64,000 bases of DNA. It comes from Entomortierella parvispora E1425 (lineage: Eukaryota; Fungi; Mortierellomycota). Below, piece by piece: positions 13,501 through 26,100 of the stretch. The position numbers were made by a program, and so were the translations under genes. The notes beneath the pieces are model-generated. The model did not search any database, was not told the origin of the DNA, and saw only the letters and a program-made list of their open reading frames with translations. Location of the stretch: the NCBI GenBank assembly GCA_020891255.1, contig BQFW01000001.1, positions 2,542,001 through 2,606,000 of the forward strand. The letters are read 5' to 3'. Position 1 is the first letter of the stretch; the number at the start of each line of letters is the position of its first letter.

Positions 13501-13905
13501 GGCAGCCTTCTTCTGCTGCTTCTTCTTGTTCTTTCCAGCATCCTTGGATCCATAGAACTGAAAGTTTTCATACTTTTCCTCATCCTCTTCATCAAAGGCC
13601 TCATCGGAATCAATCTCCTCATCGTCCTCGTCCTCGATCTCGTCCACGTTGTACTCGTAGTTTTCGACCTCGTCCAAGTATTGTTTACGACGGCGAGCTG
13701 ATTTGGACTCGTCCTCGTCCTCGATATCGTAGACGTTGGCGAGGGACTTGACGTTTTGGTTGGATTTGGGACCGGCAGCGGCGGCGGCGGCACCGCGAGC
13801 CTTTCTGCTATGGTTGTTGGCTTGCTGGGTGCGGGAGCTGTTGCCGGCACCCTTGTTGCCGCCTCGACTTCCGCCTCCGGTACCCCTACTACGTCCTGGG
13901 GCCAT
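10585..13905 (-). CDS. UTP14: U3 snoRNA-associated protein 14 (SSU processome); exons 13905-13492, 13393-11000, 10911-10585
   Basis: LAAPLPKIVQDRLNRQAAYDEAKKEVTKWLPIV, RAKRVSKIKSKLYRK, RAQERMTLKHKNTGKWAK, spliced LTLPGWGSWGG and C-terminal VIINEKRDKK...YEASLRAPVGKEWN are Utp14 family motifs. Confidence 0.95.
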
Positions 13906-14302
13906 TTGTTTGAAAGGAAAGGGTGGAGGGAGAAGAGATGTGGCTGGTAGAGAGAGAAACTCGATGAATGGGAATGAAGGGGTGAATGTCTATCTGTCTG
14001 TCTATTCTGTGCAAGTAGAAGAGGCAGACCAGAGAGAGGGAGAGAAAGAGAAAGGGAGAGAGAACAGGGGATGGATGCAACGGATGCAATGGGAGGTTTG
14101 AATGAAAAGAAGAGCTCTCTTTGACCCAGCGCAATGCAGACACATGCAGACTGGCAGGCACACACACAAAAAAAAAAAAAAAGGCGTGACTGCTGTCCGC
14201 AAACAGTAAACAAATCTCAGATACCTATTTCCATTCCTTATTCCTTCCCTTATTTCCAGTCAGAGTTTCTTCTTCAGTTGGTTTTATGGACACACTCTAT
14301 CT

Positions 14303-16767
14303 CTAGGTGGACGTGTCTAGCTCAAACCATCCAGACTGCGAGTTGTTGAAGGGTTTGCCCGTCTTGTACAGAGATGGTCGCTCTAATGGTTGTTGCTCCT
14401 GGGAGGTGGACGTCATCTTTTGAAGTCCCTTCTTGTCTCCGTCCTTGCTTAGTACGCCTAACCCGATTCCAACGGAGCTCACACGCCTTGAACTCAAGAT
14501 GGAGGAATTACGCTTGTCTCGTTTAAGAGGCGCCGGTGGGGGAAGGCGAAGGGAAGGCTGACTGTATCGCTGCGTGTTGCTAAACGTTCTGGCTGTGGGT
14601 ATGGCGGGTGTCTTCAGAGTTTGACCATGGTTTTGAACAGGAATATTTGGGGATGCTGAAGAAGACGACGACAACGAGTTGGATGGCGAAGTGCGAACTT
14701 TGCCGTTTAGTTGCATGGAGGCCATTTCGCGGTTTAGCGCAGTCTCGGGTGATAAGGTCGAACTAGAGGAGACGGACCGTGTCTCTATTCTAGAGTAGTC
14801 ATCTGTATGATTCTTTGTTCCTGACCAAGATCTTGCGTCAACTCCAGTCGTAAATCCTCCTGGCATGGACATGGTAGCGATGTTGTATGGGTTATCAAGG
14901 CTGGTCTGTCTAGGGGAACGACGAAGACTGAGTTGCGGGCGAGAGAGAGGCGAAGCCAGTTCTGCTGCGGTGCGCATTTCTGGTAAAACGTCTGGTGGAA
15001 AGGACGATTTGGGTTTTGATATTGATTCTGCAAATTCGCCTCGGTTCAGATCCGTGGATGGACGCCCAAACTTTTCTACATAGACATACTCGTTCTCCGA
15101 CAGTGCCTCGTCTACATCGTTGTATTCGTCCGACTCTTGATCACTCAGTTCCCTGGGTCCATTGCCGCCTCCCATTTGCATGGCATATCGTCGAATACCA
15201 ACGCGACCCTGTAAGCGACGGTGAGATATCCGAGGAGAACTCTGACCGCCATATTCGTGCCTGAGTTGAGGTGAGTGGTTGGGATGCCCAGGTTTGCGGT
15301 GCAAGTTATCGAGAGCGTCCTTGGAAAGACCAACCCCTGTGGCGCTGCCAGGTCCGCTCCTGTTGACAGGTGATTGAGAACCATAATTTGAACCATTGGC
15401 ATAGTACTGGACGGAGACGGGTCGCTTTGGTGGTACAGAGCGGAACGCGAAATGATCCAGGTTCTGAGCATAGGGTGAGATGGTTTGATTGCTGTGAATC
15501 AAATTTGCAAACTGGTTGGCAAGATGAGTCGACTCTGCAATGCCCAGAGAAGATAGCCTGTCTAACGTCGACGCTGCAGCTGCTGAATTGTCATGTCGAT
15601 CGGAAGAGTGAGAAGGTCTCCTACTAGAGTTGCGAGAAGACAGCCGACCCACCGCGGGGTTGTTGGAGGGGTGTTCCAGCGACTCTTGCAGTAAATCGCG
15701 ATGCGCCTCTCCTGTATACTCTGTATGAGGGTCTCTAGGTCCAGATCCCGGCGACTCTGATCGAACAGTTGCTGACGCAGGTTTGCGGTAGGTGCCGTTC
15801 AGGCGATCGTCATCGTAATGGGGTCCTGCACTCATGTCCGGTTCTGAATTCGTCCTTCCAGGGGTCTTTTTTGCTTTTGGAAGCATGGAAGATCTTCGAG
15901 ACGGATTTTGCGATACCATCGGTGTTCCAAGGCCTCCATCATAAATTCCAGGTCGCCCATGCAAGTCGTCCTGAGATTGCTGCCGTGACACTTCTTCGGG
16001 TTTCTTTGTGAATTGCTGTGACAGATTATGAATCGCCGTGGGCAAGTCCTCTTGAAAGAGATTCCTGAGCTGCTTTTCGATTTCAGACTGCAGAAACTTT
16101 TGGATGGGAGTAATGCTGTCAAAGGTGGAGCTGACAAGAACGGATTCCAGTGGATCATTCTTAAAGACGAGGGTGATTCCTTTGATCTGATCCACGACCA
16201 GGACAATGATGCCGCGCAGTTTAAAGTCGCTAATCCTGAGGAGCATGGGCACAACAAGCGGTTGATCCGCGGCCAAAATTCCACGCCGGGTATATGAAGG
16301 ATTATCGGTCTTTTTCACGTTCATCGGATTTGCCTATTTCGGTGCACAGTTGCTGCTGTTAGTAAAGGGGTTGGGCAGTGAGCATCGGCATGGGCTGTCA
16401 AACGAACGTACCTGGACTTTAGTCTGCAGCACAATATGAGCATCACCATTGTAGGTCAGTTTAAAGATGCCTCGGAAGCGCTCCATCGAGAGCTCGCCCA
16501 TCTCGAGCATTTCCAAGTCTGGAGGCTGTCAGTTAAGGTGGATTAAAAGTTGGTCAGTCATCTTGGCTGGACTAGATAATGAATCATCTCTGAGCGAAGA
16601 AGGGAGAGTTCGAAACTCACCAGCGTGCCCATGTCTAGCTCCTTGACTGTGATATGGTCCACAATAACAGCGGGTTTGTTGCCCTTGTTGAGGGCATTGG
16701 TGAGCATGGTCTTTGCCTCCTGAATGAATTCTTCAGAGAAGTAGGGCCATTGGAATCGGAATGCCAT
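14303..16767 (-). CDS. MDM34: ERMES subunit Mdm34 (N-terminal SMP domain, long disordered tail); exons 16767-16621, 16525-16412, 16333-14303
   Basis: MAFRFQW...[69 protein letters not shown] and [21 protein letters not shown] match the Mdm34 N-terminus. Confidence 0.93.
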
Positions 16768-17221
16768 GGTGGTGGAGGTGGAGCAGGATTAATCGACTAG
16801 GTGGTTCGTGCACGCGGCCGGGATGGAGGCAGACAGCCAGAGCATGTGCAGAGAGGAAAAGGGCAGAGGTGATGTCTGGCGGGTAAAGGATGAAGAGAAG
16901 ATCAGTCTATGGGATCGAGTTCAGCGTGGATTGAAGGGAGGGAGGGAGAGGAGAAGAGGGCAAAGGGAATGAATGAGCAGCAAGAGCAGAGCGAGAAAAA
17001 GAGAGACGATCCTTCATTGCACGCGCATCGCTCGTCTGTCCTTCTTTGCCTTTTTGAGACGGACCGGAAAGGACGGGGCGGTGACCGGTGGTGGCGGTGG
17101 TGGTGTGGGCGGATCGGATTCATTCATTCACTCATTCATTCATTCATTCATTCTCTGCTCTCTTCCTCACTTTACTTTACTTTCTTTACTTTCTTTCTTC
17201 TCGCATCGCTCCACCTTGACC

Positions 17222-17963
17222 ATGGGCGTAACAAAGACCACCATCACCCCCGGAGACGGAATCAACTTCCCCAAGCCAGGCCAGACCGTGGTCATGCACT
17301 GTGCGTGGACTGAATGATTCTCTGGTGACCTCCTGCTCTGCTCCGCTGGTCTCTCCTCTGACCGTACTTTTTTTTTTTCTCTTTGTCTCCTGCCTCTTCT
17401 CTCCTCGTTCTCCTGTCCTCCTTTGTGTTCAGACGTCGGAACTGTAAGTCTGTGGTTCTTGCTCCTGCCCAAGTCTCTTGTTGCCTTACTGTCTTTCTAT
17501 CCCCTCCACACGTGAAAAAAGCACGGTTGTTGACATTCCTTGTCTGATCAAACAAAATCTAAACATACCTACTCTCTACCTGATCTTAACAGCTCGAGAG
17601 CGGCCGCAAGTTTGATTCCTCCAGAGATCGCGGAACTCCCTTCCAGACCCAGATTGGTGTTGGTCGTGTTATCAAGGGGTGGGAGAAGGGTACGCAAAAA
17701 AAAAAAAAAAAAAAAAAAAGTGTTGACATCTTGATACCCTCGCAAGTGCCGACTCGATTGATCCACAAACAAGTTGATTGACCATCTTGTTTTTTTTATT
17801 GTTTTTTGTTTCTTTCACAGGTGTGCCATTGATGTCTGTGGGCGAGAGAGCAATCTTGAAGATCACATACGACTATGGCTATGGTGCACGGGGCATCCCC
17901 CCAATGATCCCTGGACTGTCCAATCTCATCTTTGATGTCGAGCTCCTTGAGATCCACGACTAG
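17222..17963 (+). CDS. FPR1: FKBP12 peptidyl-prolyl isomerase; exons 17222-17300, 17433-17443, 17593-17689, 17821-17963
   Basis: Spliced product [13 protein letters not shown]...[51 protein letters not shown]...[29 protein letters not shown]. Confidence 0.96.
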
Positions 17964-19145
17964 CGTGTTAGAAGGATGCGCGGATGGGCTTATCGTCATC
18001 ATCACACTACGAAATTAGAATCAAATTGCATACAATAATAAGCGCAACACAGCATATTGACATTCAAGCTGGTGTCCGCCTTTAAAAGGCCAAGAATGAT
18101 AAGCAATAATAATGACCTGGGGTTGTCGTAGCGTGCAGTAAGAGGGATCAAAAAGGGTCCAGAAAAGTCGAATGGGGACAAGACAGAAGACAGAGCCAAC
18201 TTTTTCGTTTGGCTCTGCTGCACCTGGTCCGTGTGTTTTTGTTGCACGCCCTTGGCGTTTTCCAACTGTCCCGAAATTGCGGGCCGGAACCTCGCATCGA
18301 GGGCCAAAGCATGTCCTCAATTTACGTTTTCCCGAGGAGTCGTCAGGTATCCCGCCTGCTGCCGGTATCGCTGCACCTCCAGATCGGACTGCATGTTCTC
18401 ATCCCCCCCGACCCTTCCACAACTCCTTCTTTCGTCACCCCTTCCCCTTTCCAAAGTTCCCCCCATCGTCTTCCAGCGCAACGATCTTTGGTGAAATGGG
18501 GACAAGGGCCCCTACATTTGTGTCAGGATTCGGGTAGAATTGAACACAGAAATGAGGGACTGAGGGGTCGTGTCGCCTGCACCCGTTTTTGCGCCCTTCC
18601 GTCCCTTCCGTCGTCGCCCCACGGGTGGACCAATTGACCTGTGTGTCTGTGTGTTCTGTTTGGTCCGGTTGCCTTTTCGTATGCTGTTTCCCCCCTTTTT
18701 TCCTTACTGCCTGGTGTTTTGAGTCTGAACGACAATCTGCACACCAAAAAGGTCATCTTTGTGGCACCAGCAACTGTTGTGTTCGGGTTTGCTCCAACAA
18801 CCGTGCGGAGAAACTGGCGCGCCAAAAAAAAAAAACAACAGGGCGCGCGCCGCGGGCGCATCCTTGGACCAAAGGGTTCAATGAGGGTCCAGAGATCCCA
18901 AGTTCTCTGAAAGAAAAGAACAAGGAGGGAAGGAGGAAGAAAGGAAAATATAAAGGCGACCTCGAGTTTTTTTTTTTTTTTTTTTTTTCACTTCTTTTTT
19001 TTCATTCATTCCTCTTTCTCTTCTCATTCAGTTCTCTCATCAGCTGTTCTTCCATCGCTTACTTCTCGACTATCTACTTCTCCCATCTTTCTCTGTCCCT
19101 CTCTCAACTCCTTCTGTCTACCTTACCGTCACCACAATACGCCCC

Positions 19146-21043
19146 ATGGACGTGTACTCTCTCACCAAGAAGCAGCGACCCACTCATCTCACACGCGGAC
19201 AAGTCGACAAATCCGCTTACAACTCCGCCATGACTTCTGGCCAGATCACCACCGCGGCCGCTGCTGTCCACTCCACAACCACCTCTGCTGCGGCCTTGGC
19301 TCAGCTCGAGCAAAAACACTCTCAACTGCCCCCTCAATACCGACAAGCCTTGCTGGAACAACAACAACGGCAACTGCAGCAACAGTACCCGTCAGCACCT
19401 CCGACGCTGCAGGAGATCGAGAGTAAACATTCACAGCTGCCACCACAGTACCGACAGGCAGTACTGGAGCAACAGCAAAGAGAACATCAATTGCGCTGTC
19501 AGAACGGATCCTCAACCTCCCCCCCTCGTCAACAAAACCATTCCGCCTCGCTCCAATCGTCCCCGACACATGGCAATGGCACGAATGCATCACGTCGAGG
19601 TCCCGCGAACATGAACTCGACCCATCAGCGCATCGTCTCTGCACCGTTGATGAACCTTCACCGAACAGACAGACAAGGCACTGAATCCTCCAACTCAAGT
19701 CCTGGGCCTAGTCGAGCACACTGGAAGGTACATTTTACCAAAATTCTTTAATTCTTATTGCTCTGTTGGATTGGATTTCCATGCTTCCATGTTATTTTTC
19801 CCTTTTTTCAGAGCCGATTGTGGCTCTCACGTTGACGACAATTTTTGCCTCGGACATGGTTCTGGCGTGAATGCCTTGTTCTTGTTTTTTGTGTTTGCAG
19901 CAATGGCTCAAACAATCTGTGCTTGCAGCTTCTAAACCGTGGCTCAATTGTCCAACAAGACTAACAACATTGGTCCCTTTTTTGTTTATTTCTTTCTGTC
20001 TTGCAGCCCGACAGCAGCACACATATCTGCACCTGGCCCGGCTGTCGGCGAGAGTTTGGTCTCTTTGACCGTCGACATCATTGCAGAAAGTAAGGCCTTC
20101 CTTTCCTTCACCCACTCGCCCTCTGTCTCTCTGTGTCTGTCCCCCCCCCCCTTTTTTTTTTTTTTCACTGTGCTCGATCGAGCTGATGCGAGAGAAGGAA
20201 AAACACGCTAACCCAAAAATCCATCTCTCCTGAAAAAAAAAAATCTGTTCTCCCCCCTCCTCCTCCTCCTCCTCCTCCTCCTCCTCCTCCTCCTCCTCCT
20301 CCTCCTTCCTCTTTTTCTTTTTCGTAGGTGCGGTGACATCTTTTGCAGTGCCCATTGTTCAAAGACAGTGCCATTGGACCAGGCCCTGGACTTCAACCCG
20401 ACCTCTGGTGTTTTTGGTCGAGCCTGCAATGGATGCTTTGAGGCTTACGAGCAATGGCAAGGGCTGATCCCCAGCCCAAACAGTGGTCGCTCTTTTGGTC
20501 AATACGGAGGCGTTCTTCAGGAGCAAAAAAACAGAAATGGGACCTACAGTACAATCTCGGAGAGTCAACTCCCCACTGGAGGCGACTTTAACAAGTCCTT
20601 GCTTTCACCTCCCCTCGGCTTGAATCGAAAAACGATGAACACGGGTCAAATTCCAGAGGGACTGTTGGGACAACACAGTCTCTCCGGCAGCAACTCTTCA
20701 GACGAGACACTTGGCCGGGAAGGTAAGGAGAGAACACGGACCCGAGTAGAGTATTTTTGGGCATCCTCAAGACTCTTTCTCAATTTGGCTCATTTATTTT
20801 TTTTTTTTTTTTGTAGATATTGTACGGCTTCCGAAGACTGCCTCCGAGAACATTGCCATCAAAACGCGACCTGTTCAAGGTACAAAAGAACGAAAAGACA
20901 AAGAAGACGAACGAGGCGCATCACGCCATGACTGCAGGGAGGGACTCAATTGACTAACGCACGGACGTTATTTTACTTTGATAGATCCTACTACCATGCC
21001 CATGCCCTCGGTCCCCCACGATTGGTCCTGGAGCACCTTCTGA
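19146..21043 (+). CDS. FYVE zinc-finger protein; exons 19146-19727, 20007-20089, 20328-20722, 20817-20879, 20985-21043
   Basis: Spliced WKPD...C...C...F...RRHHCRKCGDIFC..C...RACNGC FYVE signature; the protein ends in VPHDWSWSTF. Confidence 0.9.
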
Positions 21044-21332
21044 ACGCCACATCTCCTGCCACTTCATGAACCCTTTTAATGTACTTACTATAGTGCCGAC
21101 TTTCTTCATCCACTGAGAAAGTAAACACAACGTTATAAAACATCAAAAAAAAAAAAAGAAAAAAAAAAGCATAGCACATTTCTCATCGTCAACTCGACAC
21201 AGCAATAAAAAACACGGTCCTGTTTCGTCTTTGACTTGCCCTCTTTTTCCTGTGCTTCGGCAGGAGATTTCACACGGGAGAAGACCCTGCATCATCCACC
21301 CTGCACATTGAACGGCGTGACTACTGTCGGAT

Positions 21333-21639
21333 TCATGGTGGGCGGCTGGATGGTGATGTGATAGTGTCCTCGGGCAATTCAGTGTCAAAGACTTTGGAGA
21401 GCTTTGTAGTCGCCCTTAGTTTCTTCTTTTCAGCCAGAGTCGAGCGCAATAGGAGGGTCGTCGTCATCATAAGGAATTGAGACATTGAAACAGACCATAG
21501 GGTGCGCACATCGGCTACGACATCATCAAATCGTGGGGCCTTCTCGGTCTTGATGGTTTCTTAATGAGTCAATGTCGATAGAGAACGGAGTTGATTCGCC
21601 ATCAGCAAGACAGACCAGGTCCAGGCGGTGGTCCGTCAT
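21333..21639 (-). pseudogene. Decayed Crinkler (CRN) N-terminal domain
   Basis: Reading across frameshifts gives MTDHRLDLVCLADGESTPFSIDIDS / IKTEKAPRFDDVVADVRTLW / VSIPYDDDDPPIALDS / LAEKKKLRATTKLSKVFDTELPEDTI / HITIQPP, which follows the Mortierella-type CRN N-terminal consensus. No C-terminal domain follows. Confidence 0.82.
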
Positions 21640-21725
21640 GGTATTGCGAAGCATCAAAGGAGAAGGCGGTGAAGGTTGTCGGAGAGAAAAGAAAACGCTG
21701 CGAAGGATGGAGGCAATGAGAGGCG

Positions 21726-21759
<34 letters not shown>

Positions 21760-22015
21760 AAGAGCCCGTTTCAATCGCATGCCTCTCTCTGCATCCAGCA
21801 GGGCCGAACGCGACCGTTGCGCCACTCTTCTCAAAGAATGAGGAGAACTCGAGGTCTGTCGCCTCGCGACGATGGTGCTAGACCTCCTGTCAACCACTTT
21901 TTCCTTGCTCCGACGACAAAGCGGCTGACAGGAGGTCTATCACCGTGTGTCCTTGTTGAATCGCCGAAGACCAGTCGTGCGGCTTGCACTTTCCGCTCTG
22001 GGCGCAGCGGACAGA

Positions 22016-22850
22016 AGCCCGCTCTTCTTCTTTCCTTCCCGCACCCAGCATCGGCTCTTCTTTCATTTTCTCGCGTCTCGCGCGCGCCCCTCCGCCTCAG
22101 TTGTCCTCTTCCCCTCTCTTCGTTTATTCTCTCTCTGCCCTTTTCCAATGCCAGGTGTATGAGATGTTCCCCCAAAGTCAATGGCGCTTGACCGTGAATT
22201 TATTCAATAGTCTTGGACTCGGAAGTCATCCCTCACACCCTCTCGTCCACATCCCACTATATATGTACTATGTTTGTTCATGCGGTCGTTCATGCCCCTT
22301 TTCATGCGGCTATTCACATCCCTCTTCGTCTGTTCATGCGGCTGTTCATGCGGCTGTTCATGCCCATGCTTGTCTGTTCATGCCCCTGTTCATCTGTTCA
22401 TCTGTCCATCATGCTGTTCATGCCCCTGTTCATCTGTCCATGGGGCAGTTCATCTGTTCATGGGGCTGTTCGTACTCCTCCTGTTCATGCAAGGCTCGGC
22501 TGTTCACAATCGTCTCATCTTTCAAATAAAAAAGAATGCCTCTTTCCCTTCTGAAATTCACTCTACCAAGCATAGGGAGGGCTCTGATCAGGTACATCCA
22601 ACTGCAAGGCGTTGGGACATGCGAAGTCTGTTCAAGTGGGCGCCAGCATGGCACCTGAGAGTCGGACCAGGTTCTCTCTCGCATTGGGGATTGGATTGGA
22701 TTGTTTTCGTACATTCAGGATGACTTGTTTAGAAATGCGAAGAATAAACGAAGAGAGGGCGAAGAAGACAACTGAGGCGGAGGGGCGCGCGCGAGACGCG
22801 AGAAAAAGAAAGGACTGATGCTGGGTGCGGGAAGGAAAGAAGAGCGGGTT
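22016..22850. repeat. Inverted repeat pair, arms about 22016-22130 and 22741-22850 (about 110 bp, a few mismatches and indels)
   Basis: The left arm cccgctcttc...ttccttcccgcacccagcatc...tctcgcgtctcgcgcgcgcccctccgcctcagttgtc...ctctcttcgtttattct is the reverse complement of 22741-22850. Confidence 0.92.
22275..22507. repeat. Degenerate tandem array of an 8-12 bp (CT)GTTCAT(G/C) motif
   Basis: About a dozen exact GTTCAT copies plus GTCCAT/GTTCAC/GTTCGT variants, for example ctgttcatgcggctgttcatgcggctgttcatgccc. Confidence 0.88.
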
Positions 22851-23124
22851 TCCGTGATACACGGTGTCGTTGATTTTGCTGCGGCTTGGCCACAGGCTGA
22901 ATTCTCCGAATGGTCTGTGGTGGCGTTGCTTTCCCCTTTTGATGATGATCCTGACGCACTCTTCCCGTCGCTCTCTTCCTTATTCATTTGAAAACCCTCC
23001 TTCTTGCTTCCTCCCCTTCCGCGTACCCCCCTTCCGCGTCCCCCTCTTTCTCATTCTCATAAGAATGACCAATCACTTAGGCACCGTTTCACACACTCAC
23101 CAACCAGTCAATACTCTCTCCGCA

Positions 23125-26100
23125 ATGCCGAAGGTCCCGTCGATGTCAAAGAGCAAAGAGAAAGGGAAAGCGACCTCAAGTAGCATTCGCGGACGAGGTT
23201 CAGCAGAGAGCTCACTGCACCAACCACAGAGTTCGACGAGCTCTCCCATCAAAGTTGACAACCCCGAGACCAAGGATTACTGGTGTGTCATGAAAGGAGA
23301 AACCACTGAGGATTCTTTCTCAGTCAACCTCTCGCCGACAGCTACAGTTGACGAACTCAAGAGAGCCATCAAGAAGGAGCTTGGCCTTGTCAATGCAGAG
23401 AGGCTAATTCTCTGGAAACGGTCCATTCCTGAGTCCGATGATGATGGGAAAACACCCATGACGCTCGAAGGCTTGGACGAAACTGCGGCAATTCGCAGGC
23501 CTAAGGCGCTCATTTCGAGCCTATCCCTTGACGACAACACCTACATCATCGTCGAGCAGCCCTCACAAGGTAAAGCAACAGGCTTTGTTTTCTTAGTCGC
23601 ATGTGCTTGTCTGTGAAAGCCTTTTGTTTAATGCGCTAATGTTGTTCACTAACATTTCCTTTTGCTTCCAATAGCCCCGAAACGAACCCGTGAAGATGAT
23701 GAAGGTGTGTTGTGTTCCTAACTTGCCCTGTCATGTCCTGTTATTTACGGTTGCTCATTTTTCAACGTAATTGTATTTTTTCATTCAGTTGATCGTGATT
23801 CAAAGAGGTCCCGAGCCAAGACCGACCAACAGCTGTGGGATGATTGGCACGAGTATCTTCGTTCAAATATTGAGGTTCAAATTCCCCCTGAGCTCTACCC
23901 TATGGAGCTGCAAGAATCTACGGGTCGCTTTCAAAAAGCAGAATCTCGTGTGCCATTTAATGGTTCTCGTTTTGTGGATTTGCGTCTTGATACTACACCT
24001 ACCGCGATGGGCAAGAAACTTTCTACGTTATGCAAACAGGGCGGCCAGTTGTTGCATGTGCTCTTCGCGGTTTCAGGAGCTGGCAAAACCCGCTCCATCT
24101 TCGATGCAGCGATGCAGAACTGCGGGGTGTTCTTGTTGTATATTGAATGCAACCCGGAGACTTTGGGTGTGAACGCAGCAGAAGGCGAACCAACTGGTGA
24201 CCGTAATTTCATACGCTTCTACGAAGATATGGAAAGAGTTGATGACGAGAACGGCCTTCATACAGCAAAAGGTCGATCGGAGTCAAGACGACTTATCGCC
24301 TTGGAATACACCTCTCGAGTGCTCTTTCTCATTTTACTTCTCGAGAACGTGCAGGATCTCACTCCGAGAAGCTATCTACTCTCTCAGCTCAACGGCGGAC
24401 AAAAATCCATCGAGAAGATCAAGGATTCCTTAATCAGAGTGGAGGAAGAAGAGCTATCCCTTCTATTTCGGAGGGCGCTCGAATGGTTGGAGGTAACATT
24501 TGCTATGAAGTCGCAACTTGAACGCCATTTTCGTGCTAGTGTACAGAAATTACAGTATTTTCTCTGTCATCATAGGTTATTTTACCAGCTGGTTCACAGT
24601 TTGCTATTGCGATTGACGAGGCCACTGTCGGCAGTAAACTCTTTTACGGAAAATTTACCAATGTCAACAACCATATTACAGGAGTCCTGACACCGCTGTT
24701 AGAGTATCTCAGTGAATACCCAATCCCTAAAATAATCGCTGGCACCTCTTTTTCCCTTCGACATGGGGAACAGATTCGCAGTGATGTTGGCAAAGGGGTG
24801 ACCCAGGAATACCTTTCAAATTTCGAGCCGCTGGATATCACTGCGGTTGAGATATATATTCAGAGGTATCTTGACTTCTCGGACTGTGACTTCACAAAGA
24901 TCGAAAACTGGGAATACCTTGCTGGTCGTCCTCGTCTAGCTGCTCGGCTGTTACTGGAGACCGTGCAGTCTGAGAGAACATTTGGAGGATCGATCACCAA
25001 ACAGTCGATATTAGAGATAGCAGTGAAAAACACCCTAGCGGCTGTGGGAGAAAAATTAAGCGGGCGTCTCAACTCTCTGGCTGCGGAATTTATCGACTCA
25101 AAAGATCCTCAGAAGAGTCTTATGCAAGATGCGTTGCGGGAGCTCTTCCTTTCCTGCCGGTACGCGTTGATTTTTTTTTCCATTTTTACTTTATGAAATA
25201 TGATAGCCCGACTAATAGCTTGGTATGCAGATTTTTGGGGGGCTGTTCACGACTAGGAAAACTTGACGATAATTGGACGCGCCTTGTGGACTGTGGCGTT
25301 GCATCCTTGACAAAAACACCGGACGGAATGTTTGTCCATGTTGAGGAACTCTTGGCTACAAGGACGGTGAACTTGGTGCTTGGCCTCAAGTACACCAGAC
25401 CCACCGAAACTCTCATCCGGAGTCTATTCAAGAAGTTGGCTACCTCCACCCTCGCTCAGGATACTTCAAAGGGCAAAGCTTGGGAGTATCTTATCCTGTC
25501 AGCGTTGTTGAGTTACAATGGCAGGATGGTTAACGATTTCATCCGTATCTTTTACGGTGATTCAAGGTATTTATTCTGAAACGACTGTTTGTCAATTGTA
25601 TTCGGTTCATTGACCAACAAATTGCTGTTTTTGTCTGAACGTTATTTGTGCCTACATAGTGTCGTACTACCGCAATGGACAAGTCATGCAATCTTCAACG
25701 TAGCATCTTATGGGGATGCGGACATGTTCACTCTAATGTCTGGATACCCTCACGAAGATGATACTGATGTTATCAATAAGTTGCTTGATGACGCTAATAG
25801 CCGGACATATATTCTTCAGCCCGCAAATATCATGCGCCCTGATGGACTGTACATTGGTCGCCTTCATAATCGACCTTCCTGTGAATATTGGACTCTGCTT
25901 TTCAGTGCAAAATTCTACAACACGCCAATGTCCAGCCAAAAGACCATTGACGAGGATAGAGCATCGACCAATTGGAGCTTGGCCTATCATACAAAGAAGG
26001 GGAAGGTGGAAGCGACTGATTTGGTTACCAAGCTTCAAGGAGCACAGAGATTTTCAGCTCACCAGGGTTCTCTTCGCATCCATTTTGTGTTGCCAGGCCT

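Noticed and set aside
14303-16000. Novel C-terminal domain fused to Mdm34
   Set aside because: Low-complexity Ser/Pro/Arg-rich sequence; long disordered tails are usual for fungal Mdm34.
18000-18960. Possible ncRNA or small ORFs between FKBP12 and the FYVE gene
   Set aside because: No tRNA, snoRNA or other recognisable structure; consistent with UTR and promoter sequence.
20120-20325. (CCT)n and poly-T/poly-A/poly-C tracts, and ORFs made of them
   Set aside because: Ordinary intronic microsatellites, common throughout this window.
22275-22507. CRISPR-like array
   Set aside because: The motif is 8-12 bp with no unique spacers of regular length, the context is eukaryotic and there are no cas genes. 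The same reasoning applies to the 22-bp repeat at 38230.
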